Of a stretch of DNA of 64,000 nt, positions 29,208-38,568 are shown piece after piece. Under the pieces are notes generated by a model. The model did not search any database. It was not told where the DNA came from and saw only the letters and a program-made list of their open reading frames with translations. The stretch spans positions 75,577 to 139,576 of the forward strand of contig CAWILN010000004.1 of the NCBI GenBank assembly GCA_963836855.1, written 5' to 3'. The position numbers and the translations under genes are program-made. Every line of letters begins with the position of its first letter. Position 1 is the stretch's first letter. Source of the DNA: an uncultured Actinomycetota bacterium. GTDB lineage: Bacteria > Actinomycetota > Actinomycetes > Propionibacteriales > Propionibacteriaceae.

Positions 29208-30842
29208 TCAGCGGCGGCGGCGACGCGCCGTCCCAAAGATGCTGCGGATGATCTCCGTCCCCGCCGTACGCGCGAACTGCTTGAAAGCACTCGAATCGGT
29301 GATCTGCTCCACCATTGATTTCTCCGCGCGTTGCGGCCGACGCGACTGCGTCCGCGCGGTCGTCCGGGCCTCACGCTCAGCCTGGGCCTGAGCCCTTGCC
29401 CGCTCCTTCGCCGCCGCCTCCGCCTGAGCGGCAGCCTCCTTCTGCAAACGTTCTCGCTTTGCTTCCTCGGCTCCCGCCTGCAGCTTCCGAGCCAGGATCT
29501 CGTGTGCGGAGTCGCGATCCAACGACTGCCCGTACCTCACCATCAGCGCCGACGCCGCGATCCCAGGCCGGAGCACTCCTTCCGGCGTTGGCGCCATGAG
29601 CGACTCCGGTGCTCGCATCCGAGTCCAGGCAACGGGCGTCGGCGCGCCGTCGGGATCCATCACCGTGACGATGGCCTCGCCGATACCGAGCTGTTGCAGC
29701 GTCTCAGCCAAGGCGTAGTGGGATTTGGGAAAGGTGGCGACGGTCTGCTTGAGAGCCTTGACATCGTTCGGCGTGTGGGCGCGCAGCTGGTGCTGTACGC
29801 GGGATCCCAGCTGCGCGAGTACCTCGTCCGGCACATCCTTCGGGGTTTGGGTGACAAAGAAGATCCCAACGCCCTTGGACCGGATCAGCCGCACGGTCTG
29901 AGCGATGGCGTCAAGGAATGCCTTGGATGCGTCGTCGAAAAGCAGATGCGCTTCGTCGAAGAAGAAGACAAGCTTGGGCTTGTCGACGTCCCCGACCTCG
30001 GGCAGCTCGTGGAAGAGATCAGCGAGCAACCACATCAAGAAAGTAGAGAAGACTGCAGGCCGGTCCACCAGATTGGGCAGCTCCAGCAGGGAGACCACGC
30101 CGCGTCCATCCGACGTGACACGTAGCAGGTCCGCAGTGTCGAACTCCGGCTCCCCGAAAAACGCCTCAGCACCCTGATCGGCGAAGTTGATCAAGGTACG
30201 CAAGATCACGCCGACGGTCGAGGTGCTCAGGCCACCGACGTGCTTCAGCTCGGCCTTGCCCTCATCGCTGGTGAGATGGGTGAGCACCGCGCGCAAATCC
30301 TTGAGGTCCAGCAACGGCAGGCCGGCCCTGTCGGCGTAATGGAACACCAGGCCGAGCGAGGACTCCTGCACCTCGTTCAATCCGAGCACCTTTGACAGCA
30401 AGACCGGGCCAAACGAACTCATGGTCGCCCGCAGCGGCACGCCATTGCCTTGACCGCCGAGTGCGAAAAACTCCGTCGGGCAGGCTCGTGGCCGCCAGCT
30501 TTGGCCGATCTCCTCGATACGCGCCAGCAGCTTGTCAGTCGGCTGCCCAAGCGAGGCGATGCCCGAAAGATCACCCTTGATGTCGGCGGCAAAGACTGGC
30601 ACGCCCGCAGCCGAGATCTGCTCGGCCATCAGTTGCAGTGTCTTGGTCTTGCCCGTGCCGGTCGCTCCTGCCACGAGTCCATGCCGGTTCAGCATGCTCA
30701 TCGGGATGCGGATGACAGCTCCCGGAACGGCCGCGTCGTTCTCCATCAGGACGCCGAGCTCTATGGCTGGCTCGTCGAAGGTGTAGCCGCGGACGATCCG
30801 CTCCACCTCCGCCGAGACTTGCTGGGCGACGGGCTCGGTCAT
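29208..30842 (-). CDS. DUF853/YjgR-family P-loop NTPase (HerA-like fold)
   Basis: Walker A GATGTGKTKTLQ, with FFFDEAHLLF as a Walker-B-like segment, and a Lys/Ala/Glu-rich C-terminal tail. The start is taken at the ATG at 30842 (MTEPVAQQ). Confidence 0.8.
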   Translation of the reverse strand: MTEPVAQQVSAEVERIVRGYTFDEPAIELGVLMENDAAVPGAVIRIPMSMLNRHGLVAGATGTGKTKTLQLMAEQISAAGVPVFAADIKGDLSGIASLGQPTDKLLARIEEIGQSWRPRACPTEFFALGGQGNGVPLRATMSSFGPVLLSKVLGLNEVQESSLGLVFHYADRAGLPLLDLKDLRAVLTHLTSDEGKAELKHVGGLSTSTVGVILRTLINFADQGAEAFFGEPEFDTADLLRVTSDGRGVVSLLELPNLVDRPAVFSTFLMWLLADLFHELPEVGDVDKPKLVFFFDEAHLLFDDASKAFLDAIAQTVRLIRSKGVGIFFVTQTPKDVPDEVLAQLGSRVQHQLRAHTPNDVKALKQTVATFPKSHYALAETLQQLGIGEAIVTVMDPDGAPTPVAWTRMRAPESLMAPTPEGVLRPGIAASALMVRYGQSLDRDSAHEILARKLQAGAEEAKRERLQKEAAAQAEAAAKERARAQAQAEREARTTARTQSRRPQRAEKSMVEQITDSSAFKQFARTAGTEIIRSIFGTARRRRR

Positions 30843-30904
30843 GTGCCAAATCGTAACGACGCACACCGTGGAGTTGCCTGGAGAAACTTGATTAGAGTGT
30901 CACA

Positions 30905-31198
30905 GTGATTTTCAAGCGCGTCGGGGACGTACGCCCGTATCCAGATCACGGTTACGTCCAGAAGCAGTGGGCGGCGATCGCCCCGCACCAGGTGCGCTTG
31001 GATCAGCTCGTCACTACCAAACGCACGTTGGACCTTGAGGCGCTGCTCGAGGAGGACTCGACCTTCTACGGAGACCTTTTCGCGCACGTGGTCTCCTGGC
31101 GCGGAGAGCTGTACCTCGAAGACGGGCTGCATCGCGCCCTGCGGGCGGCTCTGCAGCAGCGACAGACAATGCATGCACGAGTGCTTGACCTGAAGTAA
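30905..31198 (+). CDS. Conserved hypothetical protein (97 aa)
   Basis: Intact ORF with good codon bias. I recognise no confident family. Confidence 0.5.
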   Translation: MIFKRVGDVRPYPDHGYVQKQWAAIAPHQVRLDQLVTTKRTLDLEALLEEDSTFYGDLFAHVVSWRGELYLEDGLHRALRAALQQRQTMHARVLDLK

Positions 31199-31281
31199 CG
31201 CCGAACTCCAGGTAGGCTCTCACCGCAACGGGGGGTAGTCGGGCGACGGGAGGAGCTCGGGGAACTCACGCATCGGGGCCG

Positions 31282-31836
31282 TTGCGGAGGAAAAGGAGTT
31301 CGACGTTGATCGGTCGGATCTTCCGTGTGGCAAGGACCCCGGTCACTCTCCTTGTTTTGTTCGGCGTGCTCTTGTACGGCGCCTGGTGGGGATACCACAA
31401 CATCATCAGCCCAATTCCGTCACTGCCGCCCGAGCCATGCGTCGATCAGAGTGTGCCCAAGGGTAAGCTGCAAGCCAGTCAAGTCGTGATCAAGGTGTAC
31501 AACGGCGGCGACCGGAAAGGCTTGGCTGCCGATGTGGGCCGATCCCTACGCAATAAAGGCTTTCGAGTCATTCTGACGACCAACACCGTGGAGAAGATTC
31601 AAAAGACCGTCATCGTCGGCGCAGACGCAAACAATCCCGAGGTGTTGTTCGTCAAGTCCTTCTTCAAGGGGGCGACCGTAAAACCCGACGGGAGGGTCGA
31701 CCGCTCGGTGGACGTGCTTGTGGGTAACAAGTACGGCGGCTTCAACAAAGACGCCGCGGCCACCTACCGCGTCGAGAGCACCACGGTCTGCTTGCCGTCC
31801 CAGACGCCGAGCTCAACCCCTGCCCTAGGCGGCTAG
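31282..31836 (+). CDS. LytR_C (LytR cell-envelope-related C-terminal) domain protein with N-terminal TM
   Basis: TM segment TLLVLFGVLLYGAWWGY, followed by VIKVYNGGDRKGLAADVGRSLRNKGFRV, which is typical of LytR_C. Confidence 0.75.
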   Translation: MRRKRSSTLIGRIFRVARTPVTLLVLFGVLLYGAWWGYHNIISPIPSLPPEPCVDQSVPKGKLQASQVVIKVYNGGDRKGLAADVGRSLRNKGFRVILTTNTVEKIQKTVIVGADANNPEVLFVKSFFKGATVKPDGRVDRSVDVLVGNKYGGFNKDAAATYRVESTTVCLPSQTPSSTPALGG

Positions 31837-31876
31837 TTCGCCGGCAGGGACCGACGCGCCGCGACGAGGAGGGTCT

Positions 31877-32096
31877 TAGCCTCGTTCCGCCCGCGCGCCG
31901 ATACCCCGAGCAGATCACACGCATATAGCACATGCGCCCGGCTCCATCAACGTCGAAGTAGGCTCGCTGCTGCACGAGGAACGGCCCGTCGGCGTTGCGG
32001 ACCAAGAAGCAGTAGTCGACGCGTTGCCGATCAGCGACGTGTCCGGCCTCGACGTAGTCGACGCGCTCAATCACGTCGTTGAGCCCAAACCACGAA
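31877..32096 (-). pseudogene. Possible remnant of an NTF2/SnoaL-like gene (C-terminal ~70 codons)
   Basis: Minus-frame translation WFGLNDVIERVDYVEAGHVADRQRVDYCFLVRNADGPFLVQQRAYFDVDGAGRMCYMRVICSGYR looks like the C-terminal beta-sheet of an NTF2-fold protein. The N-terminal half has no room (the NhaP2 gene ends at 32097) and there is no proper stop. Confidence 0.3.
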
Positions 32097-33623
32097 CTAC
32101 TCGGACGCCGCCGTGGATGTGTCGGACACTCCGGAGCGCCAGCGGGCGAGCCGACCACGGCGCCCCACGGCTCGAAGGCGTTCCTCTGTGTCTACACGCT
32201 TGTCCTCGGGTGTCACGATGAGCAGCTCGTCGCCGACTTTGATCCGCTCTCGGGCATCCGGATAGAAGGGCCGCTCGTCCCGAATGATCAAGGACACCAC
32301 TGTGTCCTTCGGAAGCCGTAGCTCGCCTACCTCGACACCCGCGAGGCGAGACTTGGGCGGGATGCGGACCTGCAGGAGATCAGCAGAGATCTTGTCGAGT
32401 GGCGCAACTTCCACTTCGACATCTTGGGCTGTCTCATCGTCGACCAGGCCGAGCCGCCGAGCGACCCAAGGCAGCGTAGGACCCTGCAGGCAGGTGAAGA
32501 CAATGACAAAGACCAGCACGACATCGAAAAGAAACTCTGCCCCTTCAACTCCCCGCGCAAGCGGAATCGTGGCCAGCACGATCGGCACGGCACCGCGCAA
32601 GCCAGCCCAGGAGAGGAACACCTGATGACGAAGCGGAACCCTGAACCACACTGCACATGCCACAACTGAGGCGGGGCGGGCAATGAGCGTGAGGACGAGT
32701 CCTGCTGTAATCGCGATCAGAGCGGCACGCGGCGTGACTCGGTCTGGGAAGGCCAGCAGGCCAAGCATGACGAAAAGGCCGATCTGGGCGATCCAGCCGA
32801 TACCTTCCACGAAGGAGCGGGTCGCCGCGCGGTGTGGCAGCTGGATGTTGCCAAGGATCAGCGCGCACACGTACACGGCAGCGAATCCGCTGGTATGGAT
32901 CAGCGCGGCGATGCCGTACACAAAAATGGTCCAGACCAAGACTGCGAGTGGATAGAGCCCGGAGGAGGGCAGGGCGACGCGACGCAAGATCTGCGCGCCG
33001 AGCCAGCCAAGGCCGCCACCGATGGCAAGGCCGCCGAGCAGCTCAAGCAGAATCAGACCGAAGAGGCCGGGAATGCCGAACTCCACTGGCTGGCCGATGG
33101 CGAACGAGCTGGCCAGCATCACAAGCAGCACTGTCGGCGCATCGTTGAGCCCTGACTCGGCTTCCAGGGCGCCTCGCAGCGAGGGCGGGATCGGAACGGT
33201 GCGAAGAACAGAGAAGATCGCGGCCGCGTCGGTCGGGGACGTGACTGCGCCCAGCAGCACAGCAACCCAGATCGGCAATCCGAGAACGTAATGGCCAAAA
33301 AGCGTCATCAGGCCGACGCTGATCCCGACGCCGACTGTGGCCAGCACCACCGCCAAGATGGTCGAGGACCTGATGTCGCTCCACCTTGTGGTCAGACCAC
33401 CCTCAGCAAGTATCACTACCAGCGCCGCGAAGCCCAGAGCCTGCGCTAGGTGGGCGTTGTCGAATTGGATTCCGATTCCGGAATCGCCCATGACCAAGCC
33501 GAGACCGAGGAACAGCAACAGGGAGGGTAAACCGACGCGAGCGCCGACCCGTGCAGCGATGATGGCGACGATCAAGACGACAGCACCCACCAGAAGGATG
33601 ACGTCGATGTCCACCATGCGCAC
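32097..33623 (-). CDS. K+/H+ (NhaP2/CvrA-type) cation:proton antiporter with C-terminal TrkA_C domain
   Basis: Intact 508 aa. It has a polytopic N-terminus and a C-terminal RCK_C-like region: LAGVEVGELRLPKDTVVSLIIRDERPFYPDARERIKVGDELLIV. Confidence 0.85.
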   Translation of the reverse strand: MRMVDIDVILLVGAVVLIVAIIAARVGARVGLPSLLLFLGLGLVMGDSGIGIQFDNAHLAQALGFAALVVILAEGGLTTRWSDIRSSTILAVVLATVGVGISVGLMTLFGHYVLGLPIWVAVLLGAVTSPTDAAAIFSVLRTVPIPPSLRGALEAESGLNDAPTVLLVMLASSFAIGQPVEFGIPGLFGLILLELLGGLAIGGGLGWLGAQILRRVALPSSGLYPLAVLVWTIFVYGIAALIHTSGFAAVYVCALILGNIQLPHRAATRSFVEGIGWIAQIGLFVMLGLLAFPDRVTPRAALIAITAGLVLTLIARPASVVACAVWFRVPLRHQVFLSWAGLRGAVPIVLATIPLARGVEGAEFLFDVVLVFVIVFTCLQGPTLPWVARRLGLVDDETAQDVEVEVAPLDKISADLLQVRIPPKSRLAGVEVGELRLPKDTVVSLIIRDERPFYPDARERIKVGDELLIVTPEDKRVDTEERLRAVGRRGRLARWRSGVSDTSTAASE

Positions 33624-33772
33624 ATCCTTCCCGACCGATCGCTCCCCGCGACACGCGGATGGCCTCGGCCGGGTAGGCGGTCTACGCCCTTCTATGCGCG
33701 AGAGCTGTTAGCCGACAGGCGGGAGCAACCACGGGAACAAAGGATTGAGGACGCTGGGCGCGGGAGCACCCA

Positions 33773-34150
33773 TCAGTCGTCATCATCGTCCAAGCCGACT
33801 AGCCACCTCTTGGCATCGTCGACCTCGTCGGTCTCGAACACCTTGATCTCGCCCGGCATAAGCCAACCGAAGGCCTTGATGCTGTTCTCCAACCAATCAG
33901 CGTCGGAGACGATGGCGACCTTCTTCCATCCCTCACGGTGTCCCGCGACCAACTTGGTGTCGGCCCAGAGAGCGCCAGGTGAGTAGGAGTCAAAGTCCTC
34001 GCCGAGGATGTACAGCAGGCGTACGTCGTTGCGCTCGAGCGCCGCACTGACCGCAGGGACCAGCACGTCGCGATAGTCGTCCTCGGTCACCTTCCCGACG
34101 GCCTCGAGACCGACTGTTCCAGTGGGCATGTTTCCAATAAGCCTGATCAT
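33773..34150 (-). CDS. STAS/SpoIIAA-like (DUF3478-type) protein
   Basis: Start taken at MIRLIGNMPTGTVGLEAVGKVTEDDY... The pattern is typical of SpoIIAA-like stand-alone STAS proteins. Confidence 0.6.
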   Translation of the reverse strand: MIRLIGNMPTGTVGLEAVGKVTEDDYRDVLVPAVSAALERNDVRLLYILGEDFDSYSPGALWADTKLVAGHREGWKKVAIVSDADWLENSIKAFGWLMPGEIKVFETDEVDDAKRWLVGLDDDDD

Positions 34151-34276
34151 TCGCGTTCCTTGGGGCTGGGCTCTGGGTAGGACCGGCACTGCTTTTGGTG
34201 CCGCTCAGAAACGTCACCGCCGGTGACATTACCGGGTTTTGGAACCGTGTCTGTTCACAGGAAGTGAATCAGCGCG

Positions 34277-35230
34277 TCAGGAGTCGCGACGAGATCGGGC
34301 TCGCCGTTTCCCCTCGTGCATCGCCTGGACTCGGGCGACAGGAATCGTATGACCCTCGGCTACCAGATCGGCGTCCAGCTGCTGCACCGGCGGCATCTGA
34401 TCCCTCCATGGATCGCGCCCGTCCAGCAGCCTGGCGGCGTTGTGGACCGTGAAGTCCGACGGGGCGACGCTCTCGAGATCTTCCCAGGCAACGGGGAATG
34501 AAACGGGTACGCCTGGCCGGATCCGTGGGCTGTATGCGGCAACAACGGTTGCACCACCGGCACGCGTCGAGTCGAGGAATACCTTGCCCGCCCGCTCATC
34601 CTTGACGAAGGCCGTGGTGGCCAAATCCGGATCGATCCGCTCGGCGCGTACGGCGATCGCGCGCGTAGCCGCTGCCACGTCCTCAGGCGATGACCCGGCC
34701 GCTAGCGGCACGAACACGTGCAAGCCCTTGGCGCCGCTCGTCTTCACTGCGCCATCCATGTGGGCCTCGTCCAGCGCTTGTCGAATCAAGTGGGCAGCCT
34801 GTACGACCACGGCAAAGGACGATCCCTCTGGCGGATCAAGATCAAGAATCAAATAGTCGGGCTGGTCCCAGTGATCAACTCTGAAGAGCGTGACGTGGTA
34901 CTCCACCGCCCGCTGATTGGCGAACCACAGCAGCGTACGACGATCGTTGCACAGGGCATAGGAGACTTCGCGCCGTGACGCTTCGGCCCAGATGGGCACT
35001 CTCGGCACCCACTCCGGGGTGTACTTCGGAAGGTTCTTCTGCATGAAGGGCGGCTGGCCAGGCCGGATGCGGATGACAGACAGGGGCCGGTCGGTTAGGC
35101 ACGGAAGGATGCGGGCCTGAACCGCGTCGAGGTAGTCGATCAGGTTTCGTTTGGTCGCACCTGACTCATCGAAGAGCTCTTGATCAAGGTGGGTGAAGGA
35201 GACGCCATCTCGCGTTTCGTCCCCGCTCAT
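34277..35230 (-). CDS. NHEJ DNA polymerase/primase domain protein (stand-alone LigD-Pol)
   Basis: Intact 317 aa. It has LILDLDPPEG...KTSGAKGLHVFVPL, characteristic of the LigD polymerase domain. There is no ligase or Ku gene in the window. Confidence 0.85.
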   Translation of the reverse strand: MSGDETRDGVSFTHLDQELFDESGATKRNLIDYLDAVQARILPCLTDRPLSVIRIRPGQPPFMQKNLPKYTPEWVPRVPIWAEASRREVSYALCNDRRTLLWFANQRAVEYHVTLFRVDHWDQPDYLILDLDPPEGSSFAVVVQAAHLIRQALDEAHMDGAVKTSGAKGLHVFVPLAAGSSPEDVAAATRAIAVRAERIDPDLATTAFVKDERAGKVFLDSTRAGGATVVAAYSPRIRPGVPVSFPVAWEDLESVAPSDFTVHNAARLLDGRDPWRDQMPPVQQLDADLVAEGHTIPVARVQAMHEGKRRARSRRDS

Positions 35231-35252
35231 GGATCAATCATCAGCCACGTGC

Positions 35253-35340
35253 GCCCTGAGCCTGTCGAAGGGCCCGTCGACAGGCTCTGCCCGCATGCGC
35301 CCTGAGCCTGTCGACTGGCGCGCTTCGACCAGCTCAGCGC
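35253..35340. repeat. Two adjacent REP-like hairpins (GCCCTGAGCCTGTCGAAGGGCCCGTCGACAGGCTC; GCCCTGAGCCTGTCGACTGGCGCGCTTCGACCAGCTCAGCGC)
   Basis: Read directly. They sit at the 3' end of the ABC importer operon, overlapping the last codons of the final ATPase gene. Confidence 0.7.
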
Positions 35341-36382
35341 TCATCTACGGCCTCCCGCGGGTAGTTCTCGGGGAAGTGGCACGCCACGTGGTGGCGCGGC
35401 AGCAGCTCGACCAGCGGCGGCTCCTCCGTCCGGCAGATCTCTTGCGCCTTCCAGCACCGGGTGTGGAACCGGCACGCCGGTGGGGGCGAGATCGGGCTGG
35501 GCACATCACCGCTCAGCAGGATCCGCTCCCGCTCCATGGCGGCGTCGGGTGTCCGGCACGGGAACGGCTGACATCAGCGCGACTGTGTACGGATGCATGG
35601 GCGCGCCGTACAACGCCTCCCGGTCGGCCAGCTCGACGATCTTGCCGAGATACATGACGGCTACCCGATCCGAGACATGGCGCACCACCGACAGGTCGTG
35701 GGCGATGATCACGTACGTCAGGTCGAACTCTTTCTGCAAGTCCTCCAGCAAGTTGAGGATCTGCGCCTGAATCGAGACGTCGAGGGCAGAGACAGGCTCG
35801 TCGGCCACAATCAGCCGCGGACGCAGCGCGAGGGTTCGGGCGATGCCGATCCGCTGCCGCTGACCACCGGAGAACTCATGGGGATAGCGGTTGTAGTGCT
35901 CCGGGTTGAGGCCGACCGCAGCAAGCAGGTCCTGAACCGCTTTCTTGACGCCGCCCGGTCGGCGACACCCCTTGCAGACGGAACGGTGCGCCGACGATCT
36001 TCCCAACCGTATGCCGTGGATTCAGCGAGGAGTAGGGGTCTTGGAAGATCATCTGCATGTCGCGCCGCAGGGGGCGCAACTGCGAATCCTTCAAATGGCT
36101 GATGTCGCGCCCCTCCAAGGTGATCTTCCCGCCGGTCGGCTCGAGGAGACGGATCAGCAGCCGGGCCGTCGTGCTCTTGCCGCATCCCGACTCACCGACG
36201 ATCGAGAACGTCTCGCCACGCTTGACGGCAAAGGTCACCCCGTCTACCGCCTGAACCGCACCTACCTGGCGGCGCAGAATCCCGGCGCGGATCGGGAAGT
36301 GCTTGATCAGGTCTTCGACAATGATCAGGTTCGAATCCTGCTCGGCGTCCGCCGCCGCGGGCTGCTGTGCGGGCGCGCTCAC
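35334..36382 (-). pseudogene. Peptide ABC transporter ATP-binding protein (OppF/DppF-like), two frame disruptions
   Basis: The gene is read in three frames. The first is the N-terminus with Walker A GESGCGKST (ORF 35876..36382). The second is the middle with [19 protein letters not shown]...[12 protein letters not shown] (ORF 35506..36006). The third is the C-terminal oligopeptide-ABC tail [23 protein letters not shown] (ORF 35334..35537). The shifts are near 35950-35965 and 35545-35555. Confidence 0.8.
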
Positions 36383-37473
36383 AGTTTCGGCGCAATCTCG
36401 TGTTCCCAGATCTCCTCGCGTTCGATCTGGGTCAGATGGCAGGCCACCAGGTGGCCAGGCTCGACGGGAGCCAGTTCCGGACGCACTTCCTCACTCCGAC
36501 CGTTGTTGCGCGGTGCGTAACTGCAGCGAGGGTGGAATGGGCAGCCGGGCGGCACGTTGATGAGGCTGGGCGGGGTGCCCTTGATCGCGAGCAGCCGGTC
36601 ACTCTTTTTGCGATCAAAGCGCGGCATCGACCCCAGCAGCCCCCAGGTGTAGGGGTGGGCGGGCCGGTTGAACAATTGGTCGGCACTGCCGTACTCCATC
36701 GCACGCCCGGCGTACATCACCAGCACGTCGTCAGCCAACTCAGCAACGACGCCGAGGTCGTGAGTGATCAACACGACAGAAGATTTGAACTCGGACTGGA
36801 GGTCGCGGATCAAATCGAGGATCTGCGCTTGGACGGTCACGTCGAGGGCGGTGGTCGGCTCGTCAGCGATGAGCAGGTCGGGATCGCACGACAGGGCCAT
36901 GGCGATCATGGCCCGCTGCCGCATTCCGCCGGAGAACTGGTGCGGGTACGCGTCGACGCGGCTGCCCGGCTCAGGAATCCCCACCCGGCCGAGCAGGTCG
37001 ATGGCGTGCTTACGCGCCACCTTCTTGTTCACCGGATTGTGGATGCGGTACGCCTCGATGATCTGGTGACCCACCGTGTAGTAGGGATTCATAGCCGAGA
37101 GCGGGTCTTGAAAAATCATGGCCATCCGCTTTCCGCGCAGGCTGCGTACATACTCCGGACTCTTGGCCAGCAGATCCTCGCCTTCGAGATAGATCTCACC
37201 GCTCAGCTTTGCGCCGGGCCGTTTCTGCTCCGAAGCCGGCCGAGTATGCAGGCCCATGATCGCCAGGCTGGTGACGCTCTTACCCGACCCCGACTCGCCC
37301 ACTATGCCGAGCGTCCGGCCCCGGTCGAGGGCGAAGCTCAACCCGTCGACCGACTTCACCAACCCGTCGTCGGTTGGAAAGTGCACCCGAAGATCAACAA
37401 CCTCGAGGAACGGCTCTTCATCGGCTTGCCCCGGATGCCGAATGACCAGGTCACGCAGTGCGGATGTCGTCAT
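36379..37473 (-). CDS. Peptide ABC transporter ATP-binding protein (OppD/DppD-like)
   Basis: Intact 364 aa with Walker A GESGSGKSV, the signature FSGGMRQR and the C-terminal motif PPGCPFHPRC. Confidence 0.9.
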   Translation of the reverse strand: MTTSALRDLVIRHPGQADEEPFLEVVDLRVHFPTDDGLVKSVDGLSFALDRGRTLGIVGESGSGKSVTSLAIMGLHTRPASEQKRPGAKLSGEIYLEGEDLLAKSPEYVRSLRGKRMAMIFQDPLSAMNPYYTVGHQIIEAYRIHNPVNKKVARKHAIDLLGRVGIPEPGSRVDAYPHQFSGGMRQRAMIAMALSCDPDLLIADEPTTALDVTVQAQILDLIRDLQSEFKSSVVLITHDLGVVAELADDVLVMYAGRAMEYGSADQLFNRPAHPYTWGLLGSMPRFDRKKSDRLLAIKGTPPSLINVPPGCPFHPRCSYAPRNNGRSEEVRPELAPVEPGHLVACHLTQIEREEIWEHEIAPKL

Positions 37474-38485
37474 TCGAGCCGCACCCGAGGATCAATGACG
37501 CCGTAGAGAATATCGACAATCAGGTTGGCGATGATCACGAAGAAACCGGCGACAAGTGTGACGCCGAGGATCTTCGGCAAGTCGTTACTGACGATGCCGT
37601 CGTAGGCGTACTTGCCCAGGCCATTGAGCGAAAAGGTCTTCTCGGTGATCACCGCACCGCCGAGCAGCAGCCCAACGTCAAGGCCAAAGATGGTAACGAC
37701 GGGGGTGAGCGCACCCCGCAGGCCGTGCCTGAGGATGACGGTACGCTCGGGCAGCCCCTTGGCCCGCGCGGTGCGGATGTAGTCCTCTGTCATGGTCTCG
37801 AGCATTCCCGCCCTGGTGAGCCGGGCGTACTGGGCAGCGAACAGAAACGCGAGGGTGATCCAGGGCAGCAGCAGCGAATACCCCCATCGCCATGGGCTCT
37901 CAGAGAATGGCACGAACGTGCCGCCGGGCGCGGTAATACGAAGGCGGTAGCTGAAGAATGCCAGCGCGATCAGTCCGGTGAAGAAGATCGGGAGCGATAC
38001 CCCAGCCAGCGCGATGCCCATAGCGCCCCGGTCGAACACTGTGCCCCGCCGGAGAGCTGATATCACGCCGACCGTGACACCGGCGATCAGCCAGATCAGC
38101 GACGCCCCGACAACCAGCGAGATGGTCACTGGGGCGCGGTCGAGCAACTCGGGCCACACCGGCTGCCGCGTAATGAAGGAATATCCGAGGCAGGGAGCAG
38201 GACAATGCTCCACGCCAGAGCCATAGTCGTACTCGGCGCCGACAAAGACTCCCTTGACCCAATGCCAGTACTGCACCGGTACCGGGTCAAGTAACCCCAG
38301 CCGTTCTGCAGTCAGGTGGACCGTTTCCGGCGTAGCGGCTCGCCCTACGTAACGTGTCGCCAGCGTTTCCGGGGTCGCCCCCCACCCAGTAGTGGTATCA
38401 GATAAAAGATGGCGAAGACGACGACGCTGAGTACGAACAGGAGAACGACCGACCACAGCAGCCGCCGCACGATATAGGCGAACAC
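37470..38485 (-). pseudogene. Peptide ABC transporter permease (OppB/DppB-like), one frame disruption at a G6 run near 38374-38379
   Basis: GTG at 38485 follows GGAGG and gives MFAYIVRRLLWSVVLLFVLSVVVFAIFYLIP. The frame changes at the C6 run on the plus strand (38374-38379). Downstream, ORF 37470..38456 carries TPETLATRYVGR... and the remaining permease helices. Confidence 0.8.
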
Positions 38486-38498
38486 ATCACCTCCTTAG

Positions 38499-38559
38499 AT
38501 GATCATGCGCGCTGAGCCTGTCGAGGCGCCCTCGGCAGGCTCAGGCGCAGATGATCGTC
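38499..38559. repeat. ~60-bp near-perfect REP-like hairpin between the binding-protein gene and the permease gene
   Basis: GATGATCATGCGCGCTGAGCCTGTCGAGG-CGC-CCTCGGCAGGCTCAGGCGCAGATGATC, read directly. It is intra-operonic. Confidence 0.75.
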
Positions 38560-38568
38560 TTGATTCTC

